DNA of 63,862 bases, filler included, from Vannella sp. (Eukaryota): NCBI GenBank assembly GCA_023345925.1. It is 5 parts of 5 records of this genome, joined end to end, with 100 filler letters (N's around TTAATTAATTAA, not from the genome) between each part and the next. Parts side by side here need not be neighbours in the genome. Positions count along the whole stretch, not along the records: positions 1 to 24,610 come from JAJQQN010000743.1; 4 more parts are not named here. The stretch is one strand, 5' to 3'. Positions within the stretch are counted from its first letter, which is position 1. The number at the start of each line of letters is the position of its first letter. Of this stretch, positions 1 to 10,061 are shown in pieces. The notes under the pieces were generated by a model. The model searched no databases. It saw only the letters and a program-made list of their open reading frames with translations, and was not told the DNA's origin. A program made the position numbers and the translations under genes.

Positions 1-78
1 TCGGTCCCAGTTGAATTTAGAAGCACTTTTCAACAGAGGCCAGCGGACGTGGTTGAGTGGAGCCGTGAATTCTCTCCC

Positions 79-183
79 GAGGTATTACGTAAACTAACCA
101 TAGATCGGTGGCAATTTCTGTATCTAACCATGATCGGGATACAGAAATGGTCACCGATCGATGGTTAGTTTACGTAATACCTC
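79..183. mobile_element. 105-bp non-autonomous DNA transposon (MITE), Mutator/Merlin-like by its 9-bp TSD
   Basis: 46-bp terminal inverted repeats (79-124 and 138-183, 3 mismatches) with a 13-nt spacer, flanked by an exact 9-bp direct repeat TTCTCTCCC (70-78 and 184-192). Confidence 0.85.
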
Positions 184-342
184 TTCTCTCCCTATTGCGA
201 GCTCATTGCTCGACTTCTGCTGAGTACACATTCTGTGATCCAGCACAGCCTCCCTGATCTACCACTGCTCGTCTGTTGGTCTGTTTACATTTGGCCGAGG
301 GAAGACGCCCAAATTCTTCCATTTCTCTCCTCCCTCCTGATC

Positions 343-1471
343 ATGGCTGGACCACGGAGAGACAGGGCCGGGCTCGTCTTGCTGGTTCTACTGGCGATAG
401 CGGTCTGTCAGGAAGGCGTGGATCCGTTGCGGGAGCGGTTGGGTGAGGGCGAAGTTCTTCTCCAGCAAGAAGACGTGGCTGGGTGGGTGAAGGAGCTTGA
501 TTCTACACGCAGTGAAGAGCGCATTGCTGTGGAGATCTGTTGGGAGAGAGAGACTACAAAGTGTCTGCGCCAGTGCGGGGAGGAGACGTTGGACATCGAC
601 ATTCTTCAAGAGATCTGCGCTTCCTACTGTCAAGCAGATGTGACGTGGGATTGTAGTCAACTCAACCTTGAGTCTGGAGGCACAGAGGTCTTCAAATACG
701 CCGGCCGATGGCCCTTCCGCCGAGTATGGATCTTCTGTGAGTTCGGCAGTGTCCTATTTTGCTCGCTATCCGTTGTAATGCACGCTATATGGTTGTACGA
801 GTACACCAAGAGAACAAACATACAACGTGACTTATGTTCCACTGCAGTGTAGGTCATCCTCTCTCCCATTCCGCGCGAATGCCCGCTCACACTCCCTTAA
901 CGACAGTGAATATCCCTATCGCTTCGTCTGGATCATCACCCACGTGATTTGGATGGTAACCTTCTCTTGTGCGGTATCCTTCCACACTGTGGACATCCGA
1001 ATGACCGAGTATCTCGACTATTTCACGGCCATGTTGGCCACCCTGTTCGGGGTTTGGGGTATTATCGTTCGTGTATTCGAGGTGACGCGCCCTAGTACTA
1101 TGTGGATGATAGCTTCGCCTTTAATGGGCTTCTACGGCTTCCACCTGATGAGGATGGCCTTTGTACACTTCTCTTACGGCTACAACATGCGAGTGACCAT
1201 CTCCCTGGCGGTAGTTAACAGCTGTATCTCCGCTGTTTGGTGTTTCTCTCAGTATCGCTCTTCTTCTCATGTCAAATGGATGCTAATGGGCCACAGCGCT
1301 CTCCTCTTCTTTGTGAGTTTGGAGGTGATCGACCGCCCTCCTTTTCTGGGCATGTTTGACACTCACGCCATTTGGCACTTGACCATCAACGTGATCTTCT
1401 TCTTCTACAACCGCTTCTACATCTACGACACTCTTCACTATCCCGGAGGTCTCAGCGCCAAGTCGGAATGA
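343..1471 (+). CDS. PGAP3: Post-GPI attachment to proteins factor 3 (Per1 family), 2 exons
   Basis: Signal peptide after ATG 343; Per1 motifs KYAGRWPFRRV, EYLDYF and FDTHAIWHL; intron 849-906 (GTAGGT...CAG) joins ORFs 235..852 and 827..1471. Confidence 0.85.
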
Positions 1472-1559
1472 AAATTAGCCACTCTCATAATGATCCAAAA
1501 CATCGCTCACAGTCGCTCATTATAATACAAAACAATACACCTGGACGTTCTGGGTTCAG

Positions 1560-1602
1560 CCAATCAGAATCTCGAAATCGCCGGTTTGTCCCTTCTGATT
1601 GG
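1560..1602. promoter_or_regulatory. Inverted pair of CCAAT boxes upstream of VPS45
   Basis: CCAATCAGAA at 1560 and TTCTGATTGG at 1593-1602, 75-115 nt before ATG 1677. Confidence 0.45.
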
Positions 1603-1676
1603 TCAATTCGTGTAGAGCACGGGACGGCTTCGATGGAGAATTCGGCGACAAAGCATTTGTTGGAAGCGTGGGCGGG

Positions 1677-3615
1677 ATGGATGTCATCAAGGCAACGCAG
1701 AGTTATGTGCAGCGGATGGTGGAGAGCGTCCGCGGCATGAAGGTGCTGCTGTTGGATCGTGAGACGGTGCGAGGCTAAGAGAAGGAACTTGGGCGGTGTT
1801 CTGACCAGGGAGAAGATGGGAATCATCAGTGCAGTGTTCTCTCAAAACGAAATCTTGCAGCAGGAGGTTTACCTGTTTGATCTGCTTGATACCAGCAACA
1901 GGGAGGTCATGACACACCTCAAAGCCATCTGTTTCATCCGCCCCACTCAAGAGAACCTCTTCCTTCTCGCAGATGAGCTCAAGAAACCCAAGTATGAGCA
2001 ATATCACCTCTGTAAGGCCTCTTTCTTCCACGCCTGGACCCGTTCTCACCCTCCTCGGGGGTGAAGTCTTCACAAACGTCCTCAAAAACGACTACCTGGA
2101 AGAGCTGGCCCATGCAGACGAGCACGAGGTCGTCCATCAAGTGCAGGAGTACTACGCAGACTACTTCCCTATCAACAGAGACGTCTTCTCCTTGAACTTG
2201 GAGTCCACTTTAGGCCTGACCCCGCATCGCTATCAGCTCGTTCTCGATCGTATCTGCGATGGTCTGGCCGCTGTTCTCCTCTCTCTGAAGAGGCGTCCTC
2301 TTATCCGTTATGAGAAGTCGTCTGAGCTTGCTCAGCGCTCTGCACAGGAGTTGGCGGTACGGGGAGGACTGTCTTTCTTGGCCGATTTGACTTACAGTGA
2401 TATGTAGAGGCGTATGTTAGCGAAGGAAGAGCGCACACTCTTTGACTTTGGCCGAAACACTGGCGGAGTGCCAGTTCTCCTCATAATCGATCGTCGAAGT
2501 GATCCAGTCACTCCTCTACTGATGCAGTGGACCTATCAAGCCATGGTACACGAGATCATTGGTATTCAAAACAACCGAGTCGCTCTCAAGACTGAGAAGA
2601 GCGAGGTTAGTGGCTGTTTGTGAACTTCTCATCGTCCCTCTCTCATCCTGCTTACAGGAGATTGTCCTTTCGGCCTTGCAAGATGAATTCTACCATGACA
2701 ACATCTACAGTAACTTTGGTGACTTGGGAATCAACGTCAAGAAGAAGGTGATGGAGCTTCAGTCTCACAGTAAATCTCACAAGAACATCCAATCCATTGG
2801 TATGGCCCTATCTTGCTCCAAAGACGAATCTAATTGTCTTTTTTCATCCAGAGGATATGAAGACGTTCATTCAAAGCTATCCAGAGTACCAAAAGCTCTC
2901 TGGGAACGTGAACAAGCACGTCACAATCCTTTCAGAGCTCTCCAAGATCAATAGTGACCGCCAGATGTATCCCGTTTCAGAAGCAGAGCAAGAGATTTCC
3001 ACAAACAACGATCACAACGTGGCAGTGAAGTCACTTAGTGCCCTTCTGGCCAACTCTCAAGTCCGTGATGAAGAGAAACTGAAGCTTCTCATGCTTTACG
3101 CTCTCAAGTACGAGACCAATGCCAGCAACCAACTCGACCGCCTTCTCGGAGTTCTCCAGCAATCCTCTGGCGTGTCTCAAGCCGAGGCAAGTGGATTGAT
3201 TAAGACACTTTTGCGATATGGGGGCGACCAAGTGCGCAGTGGGGACCTCTTTGGAAACAAGTCCTGGCTTGCCAAGGCAAAGAACACACTTAAAAAGGGA
3301 ATGCAAGAGGCTACGAATGTCTACACACAACACAAACCCTATCTGACCGAGCAATTGACTCAATTGGTCCGCGGGAAGCTTTCTGACTTGGACTATCCAG
3401 CCATGGGAGGAGCAGCACTGAGAGAGACACCCTCGGACATTATTATCTTCATCGTTGGCGGAGCCACATACGAAGAAGCCTTGGCCTTGCACGAGTTTAA
3501 GGAGGCACCCGAGTTTGCGAATGTCCGCGTGGTTTTGGGTGGAACCACCATTCACAACTCCCAGTCCTTCCTTCGAGAGTTACGGCAACTGCGTGACACA
3601 ACCCTGACCCGCTAA
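1677..3615 (+). CDS. VPS45: Sec1/Munc18 family vacuolar protein sorting 45, multi-exon
   Basis: [83 protein letters not shown]; about 5 short GT-AG introns. Confidence 0.95.
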
Positions 3616-3688
3616 TGGGTTGGTTGAGTGATAACAAAGGGCTGTTCCCTTCATTTCCTTCATTTCCTGCATTTCACCAAGGAGGGAC

Positions 3689-4651
3689 ATGCCCACCCAA
3701 GTCCTCGTTCGGCCAGTGTGTGGAGGAGCGTATTGCCTTTCTTTAGGAGAGGATTGGGAGCTGGGAGAGCTGCAGAGGTTAGTGGAGGACCATGACGGCA
3801 TTCCCGTTGCGTTGCAACGCCTTCGGATCCAAAGTGGACAGGGAGCGGCCCAAGTTCCCTTCTTCGTTGAAGTTCAGCTTCGCCTCGAAGGGGGGAAAGG
3901 AGGTTTCGGTTCTCTTCTCCGTGGAGGCCAACCTGGAGCTGGCAAGGTGACCACAACCAACTACGGTGCGTGTCGTGACCTCAACGGGCGAAGGGTTCGC
4001 CATGTTGAGCAAGAGAGAGAGCTGCAGGCTTGGTCTGAGTCTCAGCAGCAACAAGCAGAAGAGGAGAGCAAGAAGCCACCCAAGAGCTCCAAGCTAGTCG
4101 TTGTGGAGCTCGAATCCTTCGTCGAAGAGACCGAAAGAGCTTCCGCAATGGTGGCTTCTGCTGTTCAAGACGCCTTAGCGGAGACTGTTTTCAAAGAATC
4201 CTCTTCGTTGCTCACACAGAAGCGTTCACCGCCGCCAGATCGAGCGACTCCTGCTCTGAAGAGGATGAAGGGCGACGATCTCTTTGAGTTTGATGGTCAA
4301 GAGGAGCCACAAAGGTCTACGCAAGGCCAACCTACGCCAGAGACTAGAAGAGTCACAGAGGAACCCAACTTACACCCCCAAACAGCGCCATCCAACGCTC
4401 CTTTGAAGGAGGAGGCAAAGAAGAAGGCGCCCCTCCTTGATTTGGACCTTTTCACGAGTGCTGAAGAGCTTTCAGCAGTTGGAATGGATGTTCTGAGGGA
4501 GAACCTTCAACGAAGAGGTCTCAAATGTGGAGGACTCGCCCTCCAAAGAGCAGAACGACTCTTTTCCATTCGAGGAGTAGAACGAGACCTTTGGGACCCC
4601 AAACTCCTCGCTCCTGCCAAGAAAGCGTCCCTCAAGAGCCGTTCGAAGTGA
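3689..4651 (+). CDS. SDE2: Sde2 (ubiquitin-fold N-terminus, SAP-like C-terminus)
   Basis: RLEGG^KGGFGSLLR, TTNYGACRDLNGRR, C-terminal LQRRGLKCGG..QRAERLF. Confidence 0.93.
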   Translation: MPTQVLVRPVCGGAYCLSLGEDWELGELQRLVEDHDGIPVALQRLRIQSGQGAAQVPFFVEVQLRLEGGKGGFGSLLRGGQPGAGKVTTTNYGACRDLNGRRVRHVEQERELQAWSESQQQQAEEESKKPPKSSKLVVVELESFVEETERASAMVASAVQDALAETVFKESSSLLTQKRSPPPDRATPALKRMKGDDLFEFDGQEEPQRSTQGQPTPETRRVTEEPNLHPQTAPSNAPLKEEAKKKAPLLDLDLFTSAEELSAVGMDVLRENLQRRGLKCGGLALQRAERLFSIRGVERDLWDPKLLAPAKKASLKSRSK

Positions 4652-4736
4652 GCAAACGTAAAGGCTTTCATTCACCTCCGCTACAACAAGAGAGGAAGGG
4701 CAGAAAGGCACTAAGGAAGGAGCAGGATGGAGGCAA

Positions 4737-5951
4737 CTACTTCTTCCCTGGCCCGTTCGTGTTGAATACGTCCGAAACAGCTTTGCGGAAGCAAGAGAAG
4801 TTGTAATCGATGAGTCCAAGCTTGTGAAAGTTCTCCTCGCGCAGTTGAGCGACGAGAGCGAGGTACTTGTTGACCTCCTTGAGGTAGAGAACGACTCCAT
4901 TGCTGAGTTTGATGATGGATTGCGACGTAGAGTCGTACGCAAGACCCTCTGACTCATTGGCACCGTAGATACACGAGATGTCGATGACAACATCGATCAT
5001 ATCACTCGCTAACTCGTAGATTTGCATGTCTACGAAGGAGCTGTCGGTCGCCACGTAGATCTTGCTGGCTACGTCCACGAGGAAGGCTTTCTCCATCTTG
5101 CAGTTGGACACGAGGATGTCCAGGAGGTTCTCTAAGGTGGCTAGTTGCGGGATGAGCTTCTGAATGACCTTGCTGAAGGCCTCGAAGATGCTGTGGTCGT
5201 AGATGCTCGTTAGGTGGAAGGTTAAGTGGATGTTGGATAGTCCTTGGTCGGCCAGATCGTCCTGAGACTGTCTCTGAATGGATCGTTGAGCCTCCAGCTT
5301 GTGGTCATCGCTCAGTCCGTCGACCTTGTGGATGAAGACTTCAAAGGTTATGCTAGGATTGACCTCGTAGGCACGCGCTACTGTGATCTGAAGCTTCTGA
5401 AGAGCTTCATCGTAGTCATCTTGTGCATCAATGACGAAGATGAGTGCTCCACAGCCAGAGAAGATCATGTCCGCATCAAAAGTGCTGTCAAAGAAGTCTA
5501 TCTGTCCTGGGAAGTCCCAGATCTGGAACTGTACGAAGGAGCTATTAGACACGTCTACTCTATAGTCAGTATGGTGTCCTGTACTCGTGGAGAGGCCTGC
5601 CACGCACCGTTCTTTACGATCTTGTTGGTCGTGTCAAGGAAGAGCGTCTCGTTTGGAGGCATCTTGTGGAAGACCACCTTCTGGATGCTAGACTTTCCAC
5701 CCCTATGTCCGTGTGTAAGGCGAGAAGGGAGTTGAGAGGCACCCTCTCACGTTCGAAGACCCATCAAGAGGATACGAGGCTTGTTCTCACTTGGGACTCC
5801 ACCCCGCCCTCGGCTTGTCTCATACGGTGTTGAATAGACATCCGGAGAGTTCTGCAGATCGTACGCGTCGTACTTATATCCCGGCTGTGGCCACCAACAC
5901 CTGATTAGACCCCATTTACCCACCAAGCCGCCCCTTCCTCACCGACGTCAT
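4737..5951 (-). CDS. RRAGC: Ras-related GTP-binding protein C/D (Gtr2)
   Basis: [52 protein letters not shown]; several introns; 5' end approximate. Confidence 0.95.
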
Positions 5952-6079
5952 GAAGAAATGACCTTTCTAAGGATCCTCCTTCAACCCAACCTCGTACTTA
6001 TCACCAAGGAACACCCTTATGTATTCAAAGCGAGAAGGAGACTTGGGGAGGACGAGAAAACGATCATTTGGGGGACGCC

Positions 6080-6586
6080 ATGACCGCGTTGAGGCTTGTC
6101 GCGTTCGATCTGGACGATACCGTTTGGTACCCGGAGATGTACATGCTTGATGGCCCTCCTTTTCGTAAGGATGAGTCTGGGAAGGTCTTTGACAGCCGGG
6201 GAACGGAGATCAAGTTGATTCCAGGCGCTCGGCAAGTCCTTGAAGAGCTCCACCGCCAGTACCCGCACATCCAGATAGCTTGGGCCTCTCGTACAGAGTA
6301 CCCTGAATGGGCTTTCAAGTGTCTAGAGCTCTTTACCATCAACGGGGTCTCCCTGAGAGAGTTGGGAACATACGAAGCGATCTATCCTGGAGACAAGAAG
6401 ACCCACTTCCGGGCCTTCCAGAAGCAGTCTGGCTTTGCCTTTGAAGAGATGGCCTTCTTTGATAACGAGAAGCGCAACTGCACGAGTGTCTCCACCCTCA
6501 AAGTGGCCTGCTACTACACTCCCCGTGGGATGGAGTCCAGCTACTGGCTCCAATGCAAAGCTGCTTTCGGACTCTCTGATAAATGA
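6080..6586 (+). CDS. MDP1: Magnesium-dependent phosphatase 1 (HAD)
   Basis: VAFDLDDTVW, WASRT, IYPGDKKTHF, FFDNEKRN. Confidence 0.92.
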   Translation: MTALRLVAFDLDDTVWYPEMYMLDGPPFRKDESGKVFDSRGTEIKLIPGARQVLEELHRQYPHIQIAWASRTEYPEWAFKCLELFTINGVSLRELGTYEAIYPGDKKTHFRAFQKQSGFAFEEMAFFDNEKRNCTSVSTLKVACYYTPRGMESSYWLQCKAAFGLSDK

Positions 6587-6680
6587 ACCTGCTTTACTTG
6601 GTACCTGCTGGGACCATCTCTGTTCCAGAACGCACGACTCCGGACGGCATTGTGGGAAAGGAAGGAGCCCCTCTCCTTCC

Positions 6681-8265
6681 TCACTCTGTCGAGAAGATGG
6701 AGGGAGACAGCATCTGCTCGGGAACTATCCATGCACGGTACTGCTCTTCAGTGAGGAGTCCCAGGGACAGTCCAGCTTCGAGAAGAGAGGTTCCTTCGCG
6801 ATGTGCCATTTTGGCAATCTGAGCTGCTTTCTCATATCCAATGTGCGGGTTGAGTGCTGTTACGAGCATAAGAGACTTTTCCAGATTCTCTTGGATCCTG
6901 GGCAAGTTTGGTTGGATCCCGACCAGACAATGGTCCGTAAAAGAGGCAATGGCATCCGCCAGCAGACTCGTGGAACGGAGCAGGTTGCTGATCATCATGG
7001 GCTTAAACACGTTCAATTGGAAGTGTCCGGATGCCCCAGCCATGCTGATGGCAGTCTGGTTCCCGATGACTTGGGCACAAACCATGGTCAAGGCTTCTGA
7101 TTGAGTGGGATTGACCTTTCCAGGCATGATAGAGGAGCCAGGCTCATTCTCAGGAATCAGTATTTCAGCTATACCACATCGGGGGCCGCTTGAGAGCAGG
7201 CGCACGTCATTTGCGATCTTAAAGAGAGAGCAAGCAAGCGTATTCAGAGCTCCATGAGACTCTACTATCGCGTCATGAGCTGCCAGAGACTCAAACTTGT
7301 TCTTCGCAGTTCTAAAAGGAAGGCCAGTAATCCTGCTGATGGCCTCAGCCATGGCCACATCGAATCCCACAAAGGTATTCAACCCTGTTCCCACTGCCGT
7401 TCCCCCCTGGGCGATTTGAAGCAGGCGTGGAAGAGTGCATTCGATGCGGTCTATCCCATACTCCACTTGCTGCGCAAAGGCGCTGAATTCCTGCCCCAAA
7501 GTGACTGGCGTTGCGTCTTGGAGGTGAGTTCGCCCAATCTTGACGACAGACTCGAAGTCATTTGCCTTCTCTTCGAGTACTTGATGTGCTCTCTTAAGTG
7601 CAGGGAGTAAGTGAGAGGTTATCTCGAGCCCAGCAGCGATATGCATGGCGGTTGGGAACCTGTTCAGTGTGAGTATCGATGCTCTGATACCCAGGGGGGC
7701 TTACGAGTCATTGGAAGACTGGGATAGATTGACATGGTCGTTTGGGTGGACTCTGGAAGTGAGAGTTTGACTGCTTTGTTGAAGAATCTCGGTCGCGCGG
7801 TTTGCGACAACCTCGTTCACGTTCATGTTGGACTGAGTACCGCTGCCTGTTTGCCAGATAACAAGAGGAAAGTGTTCGTCTAGTTTTCCATCAATGACCT
7901 TCTCAAATTCAGTATCCTGAGGGCGATTGGAGTGGTCGGTTTCTCCCACCTCATCTGCTGCCGCAATGATGGCAGAGGACATCTCAACAGAGAGTCCAAA
8001 CTGAACATTAACCTCTGCTGCAGCCTTCTTTACAATAGCCAGTGCCCGGACGACTCCCTCTGGCATTCTCTCAGAAAGCCCACCAATGGGGAAGTTCTGG
8101 ATGGAACGCTGGGTCTGCGCGCCCCAATACCGATCCTTTGGAACCTTCAGCTCACCCATGGTATCCTTTTCCAATCTATACTCTACTTCCCATCAACAAG
8201 AGTCACCAAAAAGCAACAGCAACCAAACCTCCTTCCTTCAAGTCCTGCCAAAGGCGGCCCGCCAT
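6681..8265 (-). CDS. FH: Class II fumarate hydratase
   Basis: [54 protein letters not shown]; 3 introns. Confidence 0.97.
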
Positions 8266-8390
8266 CGCAGCACAAAAAGATGTATTTAATTTCTTACATT
8301 AAATACATCTTTTAAACAGCATCATGATTGTGGAAAGGAAAGGGAAGTCCAATTGATTGGGTGAAATGAGAGCCATTGAAAAGGGTGGTC

Positions 8391-9007
8391 ATGCCGAGGG
8401 ACTTGGAAGCTAGAACCGGTTCTACCTCTTACGCAGATGCTGGAGCATATGAGGACTCTGGTTGCTTCTATGCTATCCGACGTGCGGTGACTCAGCGCAA
8501 CATCCGCGAACTGCTCAGTGCGGTGGGGATCCTCCAGATCGTCCTGTTCGTCATGTGCGCCTGTCTCTTTGTTCGTACTTGTCTGCCATATGACATACAA
8601 AAGTGCTCATTCTTCTTCAGGCTCTTGGTCTCATCTCTTGCTTTGGAGGTATCGTTGATCTCGTCATCGGCATCATCACGATGATCCTTGCCATCGTTGG
8701 TGTTGCTGGAGGCTTCTTTGCACAACGTATCGTACTCGGGGTGGTAAGTGGAGACCCTTTAGCATGTACCTCTTCACCAACTCGCCTGTAGTACGTTGTT
8801 GGAGTTGTCGTACTCTTCATCTTCACTCTTATTCAGCTCATTTTCGACGTGGTGTCGCTCTCTGCCTTCGGCCTGATCGTGAACATCCCTATGGCTGTTT
8901 TTTATGTAAGTCATGGCCTTAGTTCCACCTCTTCTAACCGAGAACAGGCCGCAAGCGCTGTTGTTGGCGGTCTCATCATTCTGAGGGTTTCCTTCCTTCG
9001 TGTGTAA
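8391..9007 (+). CDS. Small multi-pass (~4 TM) membrane protein, unknown
   Basis: Hydrophobic exons (GIVDLVIGIITMILAIVGVAGGFF; YVVGVVVLFIFTLIQLIF; AVVGGLIILRV) separated by GT-AG introns. Confidence 0.6.
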
Positions 9008-9039
9008 TAAACAGAAGGTGGAGATCATTGTGTATTGTC

Positions 9040-9827
9040 TTAGGCACTCTTCTTCTTAGCCGCTGTTGCCTTCTTGGCAACACTTGCACTTGTTTGCTTG
9101 GCAGGGGACAAGGTCTTCTTTCGTTGGTGCACCATGTGACCAAACATCACTGGGAATCCGGGGATGTAGGCGAAGATGAGGACACCAATGACAACAGTCC
9201 AGAGGCTAACGGAGCTGAACAGCTCAAAGTCCTGAATGCCGAAAAGTCCGCTTTTCTGGAGAGCAGGCAGAGCGAACCAAAGGGTGGAGATCTCCGAGAA
9301 GACTCCAGAAGGGTAGAGGACAACAAACAAAGAGTATCGCAGCCACTTGTGAACGTACAAGTCCAGCCCAAGGAGGTTGCTTGCGTAGAAGGAGTAACGG
9401 ACGATCTCAATCACGGACCAGCTTACCATCAACAGAGTGAAGATGTATCCTTCTCTGCACTGCAGAGGGCTCAGCATTAAGGGGAAAAAGGGTGCAAGGC
9501 GCCTACCTCAGGGAAAGTCACGCAGAAGTACGTGATGAGCACTCGAGACAGCACCTGGATGAAGGTTGTTCCAACAGGGGCACGAACCAAGCCCACGAAA
9601 GCGTGGAGAACCTTCAGGGATGTGAGCTGCAAATGGAAGGTTCACCGCAAGCCCCTCACCTCAAGGATCGCAGCATTCTGGAAGATGACCAATGCTTCGC
9701 CGACCTTTGGCCAGACACGCTCTGGTCCCTCCTCATTGAGATAGTTGATGGCGACAGAGTAGAGAATAAAGCCCCAGCCCGCTGTCTGAACAAGGTTGTA
9801 GAGGACAAGGTAGGCTTTTGCCAACAT
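9040..9827 (-). CDS. HACD: Very-long-chain 3-hydroxyacyl-CoA dehydratase (PTPLA/Phs1)
   Basis: YLVLYNLVQTAGW, FQNAAILE, SWSVIEIVRYSFY, WLRYSLFVVLYPSGVFSE, HMVHQRKK. Confidence 0.93.
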
Positions 9828-10061
9828 GACCGGTTTGCTCCTGTGGACAAAATGACCTGAATTGTGTCCAGTTCAAGCCACCCTCAATTCATTGTGTTGG
9901 TGCATATCAATTGATCCCCGCAAGAAACGGCAAATAAACCAGTCATAACGTGCATCAATATTTTATAACGTTGATATATGGTATAAGTACCAAAGCAAAA
10001 TGCATTTTGATCTTCCTTCGGAACAGCATTTTCTAGTCTCCGTGTGCACTCGTTCGCGGGA

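Noticed and set aside
235..342. N-terminal extension of PGAP3 from GTG 235
   Set aside because: Non-ATG start; the signal peptide follows ATG 343; the upstream sequence is homologous to a dispersed repeat
5244..5735. Long antisense ORFs (also 31767-32270, 32532-33104, 53842-54537 and others)
   Set aside because: Shadow frames of real genes with no motifs of their own
9996..10009. 14-bp palindrome CAAAATGCATTTTG in the HACD/DOCK promoter
   Set aside because: AT-rich, single occurrence, plausible by chance
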